A stretch of DNA of 59,361 nucleotides, taken from Paraglomus brasilianum. Taxonomy: Eukaryota. The DNA lies in contig CAJVPI010000080.1 of the NCBI GenBank assembly GCA_910592345.1, positions 1-59,361 of the forward strand, written 5' to 3'. Below are positions 1 through 11,128 of the stretch, piece after piece (the stretch's first letter is position 1; each line of letters begins with the position of its first letter). The notes below the pieces were generated by a model, which worked only from the letters and a program-made list of their open reading frames with translations, made no database searches and was not told the origin of the DNA. The translations under genes were made by a program, and so were the position numbers.

Positions 1-172
1 CGACTTATCGAGAGTCATTTGTTATAATCTGGTCGACAGGATTGTCCGAGTTACGACTTATCGCGATTTTATATATGCCGTCCGACTTATCAAAATTTTT
101 TAACTATTCAAAAAAGGGGCCGAAAATTTTTGTCCGAGTTAAGCCAAATCCGACTTATCGAGTTTGCCTATG
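1..172. mobile_element. Right end (TIR plus subterminal repeats) of a pogo/Tc1-mariner-type non-autonomous element, truncated by the window start
   Basis: CGACTTATC(G) recurs at ~1, 54, 83 and 151. The reverse complement reads TA|CATAGGCAAACTCGATAAGTCG, resembling pogo/Tigger-type termini, with a flanking TA at 173-174. The same CTCGATAAG core occurs in the element at ~38.2-38.7 kb. Confidence 0.55.
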
Positions 173-2327
173 TAGTAATCACTGGCTCGCAGAAGTTTTC
201 ACGTTATGACAAAATGAAAAGAGCGATAATCTACGTACGAGCACACTTATAGTTTGAAAATCGTCAGACCGTGCGACAATTTTATTATAATGCTTTAATG
301 CTACGTACTTTTAGTTGAGAGAGTAAAACTTTTGTATAAACTGTAAATAAAACGTAAACTGCAAGTTTATTCAAAATTTTGAGTCGCTAATTATAAAACG
401 ATGGATGATGTTAATATTCAGTTAACTTTATCACACACAAACCAATTTTTGTCTTCGTTTTTTGGTAAAAGCTTATTGTGAATATTGACAACGGTCTATT
501 TTAAACGTCAGATCTATCATGCAGCGCTTCAGAGATGTGATTGCTGATATCCCCTTACAAGTGGACGCTGATCAACGTCACAACACCGCTCAGTCAACTC
601 TTTACATGCCTCTGGTGCTGAATAGGTCACAGTCCGCCCATAATATCGCCTATCTCTGAAAGGTGGTTCACTGATGGCAATCATTGTACATGATAATACA
701 AAAAGAATATATTAATATGCCTGATTTCTGCAAGTATGAAATACTTTCATGCAAGGCGTCTCGAATGGTTGAGTTTCAATTTCCTGATTGAGACCAAGAT
801 CTCTTCTAAACAAGCATCATTAACTGTATTTGATTGTTATTGTTGCAGTCCATCAGTGGATTCCACATTCAGAGCAAAATCCACATGGAGAATAATAACT
901 TTCTATCGGCGACCATAAAATAGTTGCCATTACACTTTGTAGAGTTTCATTGTCTTCACTATCGAGGTCTCGTTTAGTCCCTTGGCAACGAAAGGATTTG
1001 TCATCACCCACATCGATTACAGTTTCTATCGTCTTCACTATCGAGATCGCGTTTGGTTCCTTGGGATGGTTCAGCAACAAAAGGATTGGTAGGGCGTTGT
1101 AGTCTTTGATGACCTGTTATGGGAAGTATTCTGCTCGCCCACTAACGAGCGGCGTTTTGTTGTTAGACGTTTCCACCGAGTTTTGTTCGATCATATGGTC
1201 GCCATTATATGTTATATACGTTATTTGGAAGTATAAACAAGTCGATTTCGGAACTGCAAAATTTTCGTGGCATGCTAATTTACCTCATTTTCACAGTCTA
1301 TAATTACGGTATTATAATAATATCAATTATTCACGTAACACGTATACACATACTGTATATATATTGTATGTACAGTAAATCCATAAATGTAAGACACGGT
1401 TATAATTGCATGAACCCGTTATACTGATAATTTATTAACTCGATTTAGAACGAAATCCAATACAGTTCGCTTGGCCGTACGGCTGACAATTTTGACATAT
1501 AAAAATACGAAGTTGCTGGAGATTTGGTTAAGAAAACCAATTATTATTATCAGCGGAGCTCAATAAATCAAACTAACGATTAACAATTTATCAACTGCGA
1601 AAATGCAACTCAATATTTCCGGTTATTTTTCATTTATGATTTCCATCGCCGTAATGAATTATATAACCGTGGCATCGTATCAACGGATATCCTTTATCTC
1701 CAACAACGTAATAATTTATATAATTTCACTGAAAATTGGAGACACCCATTTCAGGCCTTAATAACGAAATTATGCAATGCCTCCTTTTACCGACACCAAA
1801 ATGCCCACAAACATGATTGAGAAAGAAAATCAGAAAAGGCTTACAAAATGAGCATCTAAATGAGCGTTAACAGTAGTAAAAGAACTTTTTAGGTATGATA
1901 ATGGATGGGTCGGAGAAAGGAACTGCCATCCCTTCGTTGGTTACAGAACATTTTATTATTATTTCTATTGTAATTAATTCGACTTGTACGTTAATTCGAT
2001 CGATAACCTCGGAACGCAAGCGGTCGAATTATTATTATAGGCAGTTGACTGTATACGGTATATTAATATAAAGCCACAATCACGTATATTATTATGTACC
2101 TTCAGAAAAAAAAAACGCAGTCAGCCAATCACCAACTATACTTCTTTCACAGCTTACAGGCAATATAAATCCCCGAAAATAACTGGCAGGAGGTGTAATA
2201 CAGAAGTCACGCTCCTGTTCTCGCGATAATTAATACATTGTGTATGAGAGAAGTATTCACATAATTCAATTATTAATCGTGATTATAAGCCACTGGTATA
2301 TTAGCAGCACATCTTCCCATCCATCAA

Positions 2328-4786
2328 ATGAACAAAAAGATGACGACCATTGAAGAAATAGACAAAAAAATCAAGAAAATTGAAACTGACATCGAAGAAA
2401 CCAAAAGGGAGCTTGGAATAACTAAGGGTCAAAACCTTCTTACCTCACTATACTCGAACCTCGCAGAGTTACGAAAGGAAAAAAACGCTCTGCTAGGGCA
2501 GACAGGTAACGACTTTGTGACTGAGGGAGAATGTTTGAAATGCATTACGACATGTGTTGGGAGGAGAGTAGAATAGGCATAGAGAATGTTGTCTTATCCT
2601 ACGAGTTTTTTATTGCTCATTTATAACGGACAATTAAAATCGACCGAACGATTGTTTTTTTAATATTAAGAACTCGGAATTCGTACCAGTAAATCTATTA
2701 TTAATTCCGTTTTGTCTCTTTACTACTCTCTTGTTCTTCTTTTCTTTCCTGTTTCATAAGGTATAGAACATTCTGCAACTGTGATTCCCCAGCCAGAGCT
2801 AACTGTTGCAGGGGCCTTTAGAGTACCATACCAGGATCCATTAAACACAGTCGAACGGTTTCAGAATTATATTGATAAGAAACATGCATATTGGCTTGGC
2901 AATAAGATAACTCGTGTACCTTATGGAACAGTTTTTCAGAGTTCTGGCTATGGGAAAACTCGCCTTATTGAACAGCTTGCAATGAAAATTCCTATGTTAT
3001 ATGTGTGCTTATGCCCTGAGGAAAGCACAGGATACCCACCTGCTACACCTATTGCACCAAAAATCTTTGATCTTCTGAATGACATCCCAAATGGAAAGAA
3101 TGGCAGTTTATGTTCATTATTTGGCATGCTATCAAAAAACTGCATGAATATTCTCTCACCTCATCAGCTACAGACCTTTGGGAACAACAACTGAATAACA
3201 AATGGTGCCATAAGTTCTGGTCAGAGGTCTCAACAGCTAGTGAAAAGTGGCTTACAATTGAAGTGAATGATGCAAGCCTCTCCAAGGAGAAATTTCCATT
3301 CTATGATGCAGACAATCCCAATAACCAAGTCAAGATTATCTTATGCATTGATGAAGCTCGATACCTCACTCGTTATGTACCAGGCAAAAACAGAACTCCA
3401 TTCCAAATGTTTAGAAGAGCTATGAAACATATTGTGTGGAATGGTTTCTTCATCCTATTTTTGGATACACACAGCAAAATTTCCAACTTTGCACTATTAT
3501 CAGAGGATCCATCTTCAAGAGATGATGAGGCACAATTACATTTGTTTCATCCTTTTGTTAGACTTGCAACAATGGATATCTTTGAAAGAATGACAGGAGG
3601 TCCAGCAGGAACATCTGAAGAGGACCAGATTGTTCAGTTGGCAAAGCTAGGGAGACCATTAATATACAGCTATCTTAAAGCTAAAGGAGAAAGTTCTTCA
3701 ACTCAAACAGCCCTCAAAGGGCTTGTCACACTATTGCAGAATAAACTCTTTGGTGGAGCAAGATCTTTTGATAATAGCCACAGAAAGGAACTGTCCAGTA
3801 TTGCCATTTTATCAGTACTTGTTTGCCTGGACATTTCACCACAATCAAAGATCACTTCTGAGCTTGTGGGATCCTATATGGCAACATGTGTTGCAATATC
3901 AGAAGACAGGGAGCACTTGTTAGTTCGTTATCCCTCAGAACCTTTATTAGCAGAAGCAGCACACACCATTATTTCTAAGGAGAAGACATTGGTTAGCATT
4001 TTGCAAAACTTTAATGAGATGCTGAGAAAGGGTTTCATCGATGCAGGCATTCATGGAGAGGTGGTAGCACGAATTATTCTAATTCTTGCAGTGAGGTCTA
4101 TACAGGAAAACAAAGATTGGAAATCATCCGCCATCACAGTCAAACGATTAATGGAACTGCTGGATCCAGCAGCTATTAATGAGCTACAATCGTTTGTGGA
4201 TGCAACTGTGGCTTTTACGCACTTTATTCCCATAGTATACGTTCCTGAAAAACGTTCTTTAAAAGAATATTATCGACGACGATGTGCTGTGATTCTCAAG
4301 CGAAATAACCCCGGTGCGGACATTATGATCCCTGTAAAATTAACAGAAGACAGATATTCCTATATTCTCATTCAAGTGAAGAACTATGCATCGAACAATC
4401 GGAGTGCAGACCAGAGCTATCCGGAATCTGGCACCTCCAAACTAAAGTCGTGGTTTGTTTTTCAAAAATCAGATCTCAAAAATCATGAAGAGGAATACAT
4501 CACTTTGTATTGGCAACTCGGCTTTCAAGGACAACTCAGAGAGGTTCCACCAATTCGCAAGTCCGAACGTCAAAAATTTGAAGAACAACAACAACACCCT
4601 TTTGCACATTTCGGATTAGACTTCTTTACATTTCTTGGTCCCACTGTCAAAAAAGAGTTGGCCGATCTTTTGGACGCCTTTATCTCACCCTTTGATGAAT
4701 TGTGGAAGTTCCACGATGAAGAAACAGGTGATTATTGGTCTGAGCAACAGATCGAGTCTCAAGATCCTCTTGTTTACAAAGTCTGA
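2328..4786 (+). CDS. Crinkler/RHS (CR)-type effector-like protein: helical header + P-loop NTPase + PD-(D/E)xK restriction-endonuclease-fold domain; reading frame broken at ~3083-3110
   Basis: Exon 1 2328-2505 (coiled-coil-like MNKKMTTIEEIDKKIKKIE...LAELRKEKNALL). Phase-1 intron 2506-2760 (GTAAC...TTTCATAG-like end CATAAG) joins in frame to exon 2. Walker A QSSGYGKTRL, then YVCL..GYPP. After a -1 frame change: Walker B IILCIDEAR, FLDTHSKISNF, GRPL, YPSEPLLAEAA, GEVVARIIL, and C-terminal NNPGADIMIPV...ILIQVKN (REase-like D...QxK). Confidence 0.75.
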
Positions 4787-5088
4787 GGGCGTGTCTCTTT
4801 GAACTTTGTTGTTCATTCCGAACAACGCAAGACCTGCTTATTATACTTTATTCTATGCATAAATATGAAGTTATGTCCTATGTCGAAATATTTAACCAAA
4901 AACCAGTCACTGACTGTAATGATAATAAATTACATACAGTATGGGGGTGTGTACTTTCCAATTACGTACATTGTGGCGTTAATTATAATCCCTGAAATAT
5001 TTAGATGGCACATGTTCACACCAGGCCTTTGTTGCCTTATTATTATACAATCCAAACCTTCCTCGGCGAACCATCTCGTAATTCAGCA

Positions 5089-6041
5089 ATGTCTTACGGC
5101 CAAGTGGTTATAAATTTATTTGGTGGTCGTTCACCACTATGTTTCACAGTCCCTTCCGATGTCTCGATTCATCAAGTCAAAGCCGAGGTGGAGTTGCGAG
5201 CAGCAATACCTATTGCTGAACAGCGATTTACGACACTTGGGGGAAAACCTTTCGATGACAATTCATCTGTCTTCCAGGAAAGTAACAAGGAGTTTGTTAC
5301 TCTGAATTTAAATTTAAGACTGCTAGGTGGAAAAGGTGGGTTTGGGAGCATGTTGAGAGCTCAAGGTGGTAAAATGGCTAGTCAGAAGACGACCAACTTT
5401 GAAGCATGTAGAGATCTCAATGGACGCCGTTTACGGACTATTAAAGAGGCTAAAAGGTAAATTTATTGACTGCCAGAGAGAAGAGATGGATTTCTAATAC
5501 GTCTGAATAAGATTTATTGTCGACGTAAATAACATGATCGGTGTAATTGTAGGTTGGCAGATTATCTTGAGAAGGAGCCAGAACGAAAACGCGCAAGAGA
5601 AGAGAAAATTCAGAAGAAGATAGATGAGGGATTACAAGAGCATCCGGCCAAAAAGTGTCGGTTTGACGATAATAAGTATCTACAAGATAGCCAAGAAATT
5701 ATTGAAAACGTTAAAAATACAGTTGCTGAAGGTAGTTAAATCACTCTTTTTAATAATTTAGTTCTCGGCTTTGAGTTCGTCGTATTAATTTATATGCTAA
5801 TTTCTGTCATTGTAAAGTGATGAAATCAAAAAAACCCGTTTCACGTTCTTCGAAAAAACAGTCCATATCTGCATTGACAATGTGGGACGATGTGTCGGAT
5901 GATGCCTCTGACGATTCTTCTGACGATGCCTCCGACGATGGTGTCTCGGATAACGGTGGGAGCAATGAAGTTTCGGCCGAGTCCGAAGCAGAGACCAGTT
6001 ATTCTGATTATACAAATTCTCGCGAAGGCAGCAGCGAGTAA
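5089..6041 (+). CDS. SDE2: SDE2 ubiquitin-fold-activated splicing / replication-stress factor
   Basis: N-terminal ubiquitin-like domain ending [19 protein letters not shown], then [17 protein letters not shown]. Exons 5089-5456, 5553-5731 and 5818-6041 join in frame via GT-AG introns. Confidence 0.95.
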
Positions 6042-7243
6042 CAGCCAATGAGGTACTAATATCAAAGTGCACTCGGATGAAAATGTTATCTAGTTAGATT
6101 TATATATTATTTATGGAAAATAAACTAATTGGGGGTGCAGACCCGTTACGTTAATTATATGATCACGACGATGACGGCATATATCTTTTGGATTTGTAAC
6201 TTGATTGACAGATTCGTATGCTAAACCACTTCTGCTCCTTTAAACTAACAGAATTCAGCTCCCCAGAGGTAACAGTCTCGTCCCCGGTTACCTTTGCTTT
6301 CTATTGCAGTTAATGCAAAATTTGGGGTAGCGGTATTAACTTATCCACGCAGTGCCGTTCAGTGGTTACCATCTACCCTCCTCAAATTGGGCCGGCCGTC
6401 CAGGGCAACTATGATTGTGACCATATCGTTTCACTTTTTGCTGTCACAACATAGGTAAACAATCCGCCATTGACTGTTATTATTCTTTTATATAATGCGC
6501 AATAAAATAACCCCTCAACCTGTATCCAGTTGACAGTATAAAACCGTTGTTTGATCTGACAATGGGTTTTTTCATATTTTATAAACAATCGTACCGAAGC
6601 AGTTAACAAACAAAAGATAAGACAATTACCTTCGTAAACAACTTGACCTTTTAATTTTCCAACCATTTTCAAATTCTGACTCAAGCTGGGTTACATGAAG
6701 ACAGTTGAGTGAATCAAGTCGTATGAACAGTGCAAACAAGCTTGGCTGTCCAGCAAACTTCTGTCTGTACTTGCGAAGGATTCATCAAAATTGTTAATTA
6801 CCGAAGATTTCGAAAGTTGTTAAAGGAACGGTTGGTCATTAGATATCAACTGTTGGAGGTGCGACGCATAATTGGTAACGCATATTAATATTAAACGGTG
6901 CGCCCATAAGGTTAACACAGTCATTCAACTTTTTACATTCAGTATATCATTTTATTCATAATTGGAAACATTTTTACACACAGATTCGATAATATCATCG
7001 TCCAAAATGACAATACTGGTATATTATCAACTGACAAGACACAAACCACACATCCACACACCACACACCACACACCACACACAATCAAAATGCATTTGTT
7101 AATATCGATAGTGAATGAGTATATTACATACGTGATGACAAATGCCCGTGGCATCAAATATCAACCAACTACATACTTGATCAAATAAACCGAATAAACC
7201 ACCAAGAATCAGATGCTGTTCATCCTCATCTCTCACTCCAATC

Positions 7244-10051
7244 TCAACATCCTTCCACACTATTAACTCTCTTCCGCACCAAATAATCTGTATCCCCACA
7301 TCGATCCTTGTCTTCGATATCACGCCTTCGTTTCCTCCCAAATAAACGCCTGTCATTGTCTTCTAACTGCGTAATTTCTCCATCTTCCGGAGTCTCGTTT
7401 TGTGTACTCGAGAGTGTGCGATTTATGGAAGGAGATTGAAAAGAAAAGGGCCTGAAGTTGGTATTCTTGTAATTGATGTCTCTAGTATACCTATAATCGA
7501 TACCTCTATTAACAGCATTTTTGTAATTGCCGTTCCTATTATATCTGTAATCGATACCTCTATGAATTGCATCTTGGTAATTGCCATCTCTAAAATTATT
7601 CCTGTCATATCCATCTCTATAATAGTAATTTTTCATTGAAGTGTCTTTGCGAACGCCCTCTCTCTGACCGACATCACCCTGATATTCATTCTTCTGACTA
7701 TCTTTCCACCCGTCAAATCTCTGGTCATGCCCATTGAAGATCCCCGTATTTCCCATAAACGAATAACCATCTCTCACTCGTCCATCTCTCGTAAAGTTCT
7801 CTCTTACATAAGCATTCCTCGGGTGACCATCTGTCATATAACCATCTCTCATATCACCAGCCCTCGACCGCCCATCCTTCAAGTGTCCATCCGAAGCTCT
7901 CCGTTCCCTCTGATTTGCCCCATTCCTTTCCGAAATCTGTTCTCTCCTCCCCCCGTCTCCCTGCCGTATCATCCCTGCCGTATCTACAACTCCATTCTCC
8001 TTTCGCTTTTGTTGCATTATCTACAAATATAGTTCATAGTTAGATATTCTACTGTATTATTTAAGTTAGATGCTATAAATAATCGTATACATCATCGATG
8101 GTAAAGTATAAGATAAAGCACAGATTAAGATTGAGCAGAGTTGTTTTGGAGCGAGAGAGATGATGGTGAGTGGGATGGCTAGAGCACAGATGGAAGAGAT
8201 AGGTATATATAGAGAGAGAGAAAAAGAAAACAAAAATTGCAGAGGAAGAATGAGGGGCACAGACAGACAACAAACACAACACAGACAAACAGAGAGTAAA
8301 TAGTTCCAATTGAGGATATAAAGTTAATCTGAATCGGAATCACGAAAGTCACCTGAATTTCCTTGGCTATCTCTGGCTGAGTTGCATACTGTTCAAGCAT
8401 CATCTCTGCCGCATCTGGATAAAGCGGTTCAATCAATATCGATAATCTTTATATGATGCGTACGAAATAAACACATTTGTTTAAGCAGATGTTCTTTACC
8501 TGCGACTTTTTGTATGTCATTATTAAGGATCGACCACCAGACCTTTCCTTGGTCGGGGTCGTCATTCAACTCGATCCCTGACAACTTTGCAGACAAATAA
8601 AGCGCTGCGCTTGCGATTGTTTGTGGTGTGTGGATAAGGCAGAGGGGTGTACGCAAGCTGAATGATAGGTAAGTTGTAGCAAGTCAGTAAATATGATAGA
8701 TCAACACATTTTCAATGCGAAATGTAATTTGTATTAATATACCTATCATTCACTAGACACCAGGCCTGTACAGCAAGAAGCCTCGCTGTTTCTTTGCTTT
8801 GAACTAGGAAATTGGTAAAAAAGTTAGGCAACAGACAGCTAATTGAAATCCCAGCTTTTTCGATCAATGTTTTTCACCGTCATCTCAGACATCCTCAATA
8901 ACCAAACGCATTAATTAATCTACTCCTTCATCGTGTATTCTCGCCAATATTGACACCATGGACGGACCAAGACGATTTAAATATATCGACAAGCCTAACC
9001 TTTCAGTTCTCGAGCATATCTCAACCAAATATACGGATGCTCAACGTTGAAATCGAAACATAATTGTGCCAAGACGATCGGCTCCTTGGAACGTATTGTC
9101 CCAGCCCACTTTTCAAACTCCTTTGGAAGGAAAAATTCAGGACAAGAAGATATGAGTAGGCAGAAATTCGTAATACGGGAGGTACGGCTACTATATTCTG
9201 TACTACAATATATAACGACATTCTATGTCTAGATACCGCATAACGTCCGTTCAACTAATAAATTAATCCCCTCATCGATTCCCATCATTAAAGGCATATA
9301 TTACTCATCGAAACTTACTGCTCGATTTTCAAAGCGGTCGTTCTTCTGTGCTTTCTTTGCACATGCAGTTGCAACGTCAGCTAGTTTGCGATTGCTTTCT
9401 TCGGACTTGCAGGCCAGGAACAAGCATGTTCCGCCAATGTCCTATAGGTGAAGAGAAAGAACGAGAACGGTATTATTCTTAGAAAGGAAGCAGGTAAGAT
9501 TGTTTGCGAATGGTGTCAACTCGATAGATAAAGACATTGTTCGGTGTCGAACTGACTTGTTAATGACACGCAAAAAGTTTCTCAATTGTAATGTCGTACC
9601 GCCCTTGGCAAAGACTTACGTAATGGTGGTGTTTGGCTAGCGACTGTCTCATATAAAACCTATGTAAATATGTAGTGGCAGTCGCTATCGTCGGTTGTGG
9701 TCTAGTGTCATTGAGGACATTAATAATAATTCTTTCCTCTTTAACGCTTTGTCAATGCTTTCCATAATTCTGCTTAAAAGGATACAGCTTCAACTCGTAC
9801 GCACATTCTACAATAAACTTCACTCCTTTACACCGCCTCGCCATCTCTTCTTCTTTTGAGATTCCGTCGGATCTCGACGGTGTACGATTTAAATCGCTCT
9901 TATTAAAGCGCCATTGGGTTGCAAAGACTTCCTTCGTATGCGAAGATGGATGTCGATTGTAGTGGTTATTTGAGAAATGGTTATTTGGGACATGGTTATG
10001 GTTGTGAGTATGGTGTGATTGCGATACGTGATGGTAGTGTGTAGAGGCCAT
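7244..10051 (-). CDS. Cyclin T/K-like transcriptional cyclin (Pch1/P-TEFb type)
   Basis: Spliced translation gives TPSRSDGISKEEE..RCKGVKFI..LKLPQPTIATATTYLHRFYMRQS..IGGTCLFLACKSEE..LCFDFNVEHPY..AWCLVNDSLRTPLCL..IASAALYL (cyclin boxes). About 8 exons, a His-rich N-terminus and an R/D/G/N/Y-rich low-complexity last exon. Confidence 0.9.
9702..9785 (-). other. U12-type (minor spliceosome) GT-AG intron, first intron of the cyclin gene
   Basis: 5' site GTATCCTTTT; branch-like GTCCTCAAT ending 8 nt before the intron end (..GACACTAG); no polypyrimidine tract. Splicing restores ELKL-PQPTIATA. Confidence 0.85.
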
Positions 10052-11128
10052 TATGGGAAGAAATGAGATGATATGATGGGTATGTGTGATGTATAACAGG
10101 GACCACTGTTATTAATGTGAAGATTTGCCTTCATGAAAGTTGTCGAGCTCAAGACTTGTAGCGAGAAATTACTTCAACATGGTCTCGGATTTCATGGCTG
10201 ATCGGAGTGATGCGATTGGTTATTCAAACGAAGACGGGGGGTGGTGGTTCGAGCGTTGAGTCATCATTACCGATCGAGAACGTACAAACGTGGAATAGCA
10301 TTGAATGAGAGAATTCGACCCACTTTAAAAACGAGACACGCAAGTAAGTCGATACGATACGATACAAAGTAAACCAACTCAATTCTTGTATGATTGATTG
10401 CTTTTTAAATATATCCGATTAGTGCTCAAGAAATAAAAAGCTAAAACATACTATTACTATTATTATAAACCAGGTCTGTGACACTCATGGTCTGATTGTT
10501 TGATCACAATCAGGTTTCGGAATTCTCGATGCCGGAAGAATGGGTAATTCCTACCATAATAATAATAGCAACGTGTTTATCAATTTATCGTTTTGTTTGA
10601 CAGCGGGGCGTTCTTTTATAATAAAGTGAATGATTCTGTATTGCATTTACCGACAAATTCGCATTTAGTCAGGGACAAATAATCCCCATACAAATACGTA
10701 TTAATTTGTTCAAGTTGTTTTACATGAGCGCATTTGTGAACTCGAAAGCATAATAACAAGAATAGAAGCAATTCATGGCAATAATCTTATCACGTAAAAA
10801 ACGTGTGTTTGCAGACATTATTTTTAAGCGTGTCTTTTCCGTCGTGGTGAACCTTATTTTATGCCAAAGACGTAATATTAATATTTACAATGTTGAACCG
10901 CTACTTAAGGTTTAAGCGTTATGGTTCTGCATCAAACACATGATGATAAAGACGACGTGTAGATAAACTTTAATATTTCCAGATGCAGTTGAAGGATGAA
11001 CATCCAGCGAAAATGAAAGAGAAAAGGGCAAATCATCTGCAATCTCATGATTGATCAGATCACTCGCATCCATGCATTCACTCTTAAATCACCAACCCAT
11101 CCCACTTTATATTCACCTTTAAGTTATA

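Noticed and set aside
1687..1696. ATATCCTTT U12-like donor
   Set aside because: It is intergenic, with no exon context or matching branch and AC acceptor identified.
1371..2053. TACAGT...ACTGTA-bounded segment as a complete MITE
   Set aside because: Only the extreme termini match and the arms do not align beyond ~8 nt. At most these are fragments of different elements.
6215..6252. Minus-strand AAAGGAGCAGAAGTGGTTTAGCA resembling the U6atac 5' region
   Set aside because: It needs insertions in the conserved core, and no 3' stem-loop or poly-T terminator is evident.
6370..6410. HDV-ribozyme-like CCTCCTC..GCCGGC..GGGCAAC
   Set aside because: No upstream P1 partner strand, the L3 loop is too long and I found no P2/J4-2 match.
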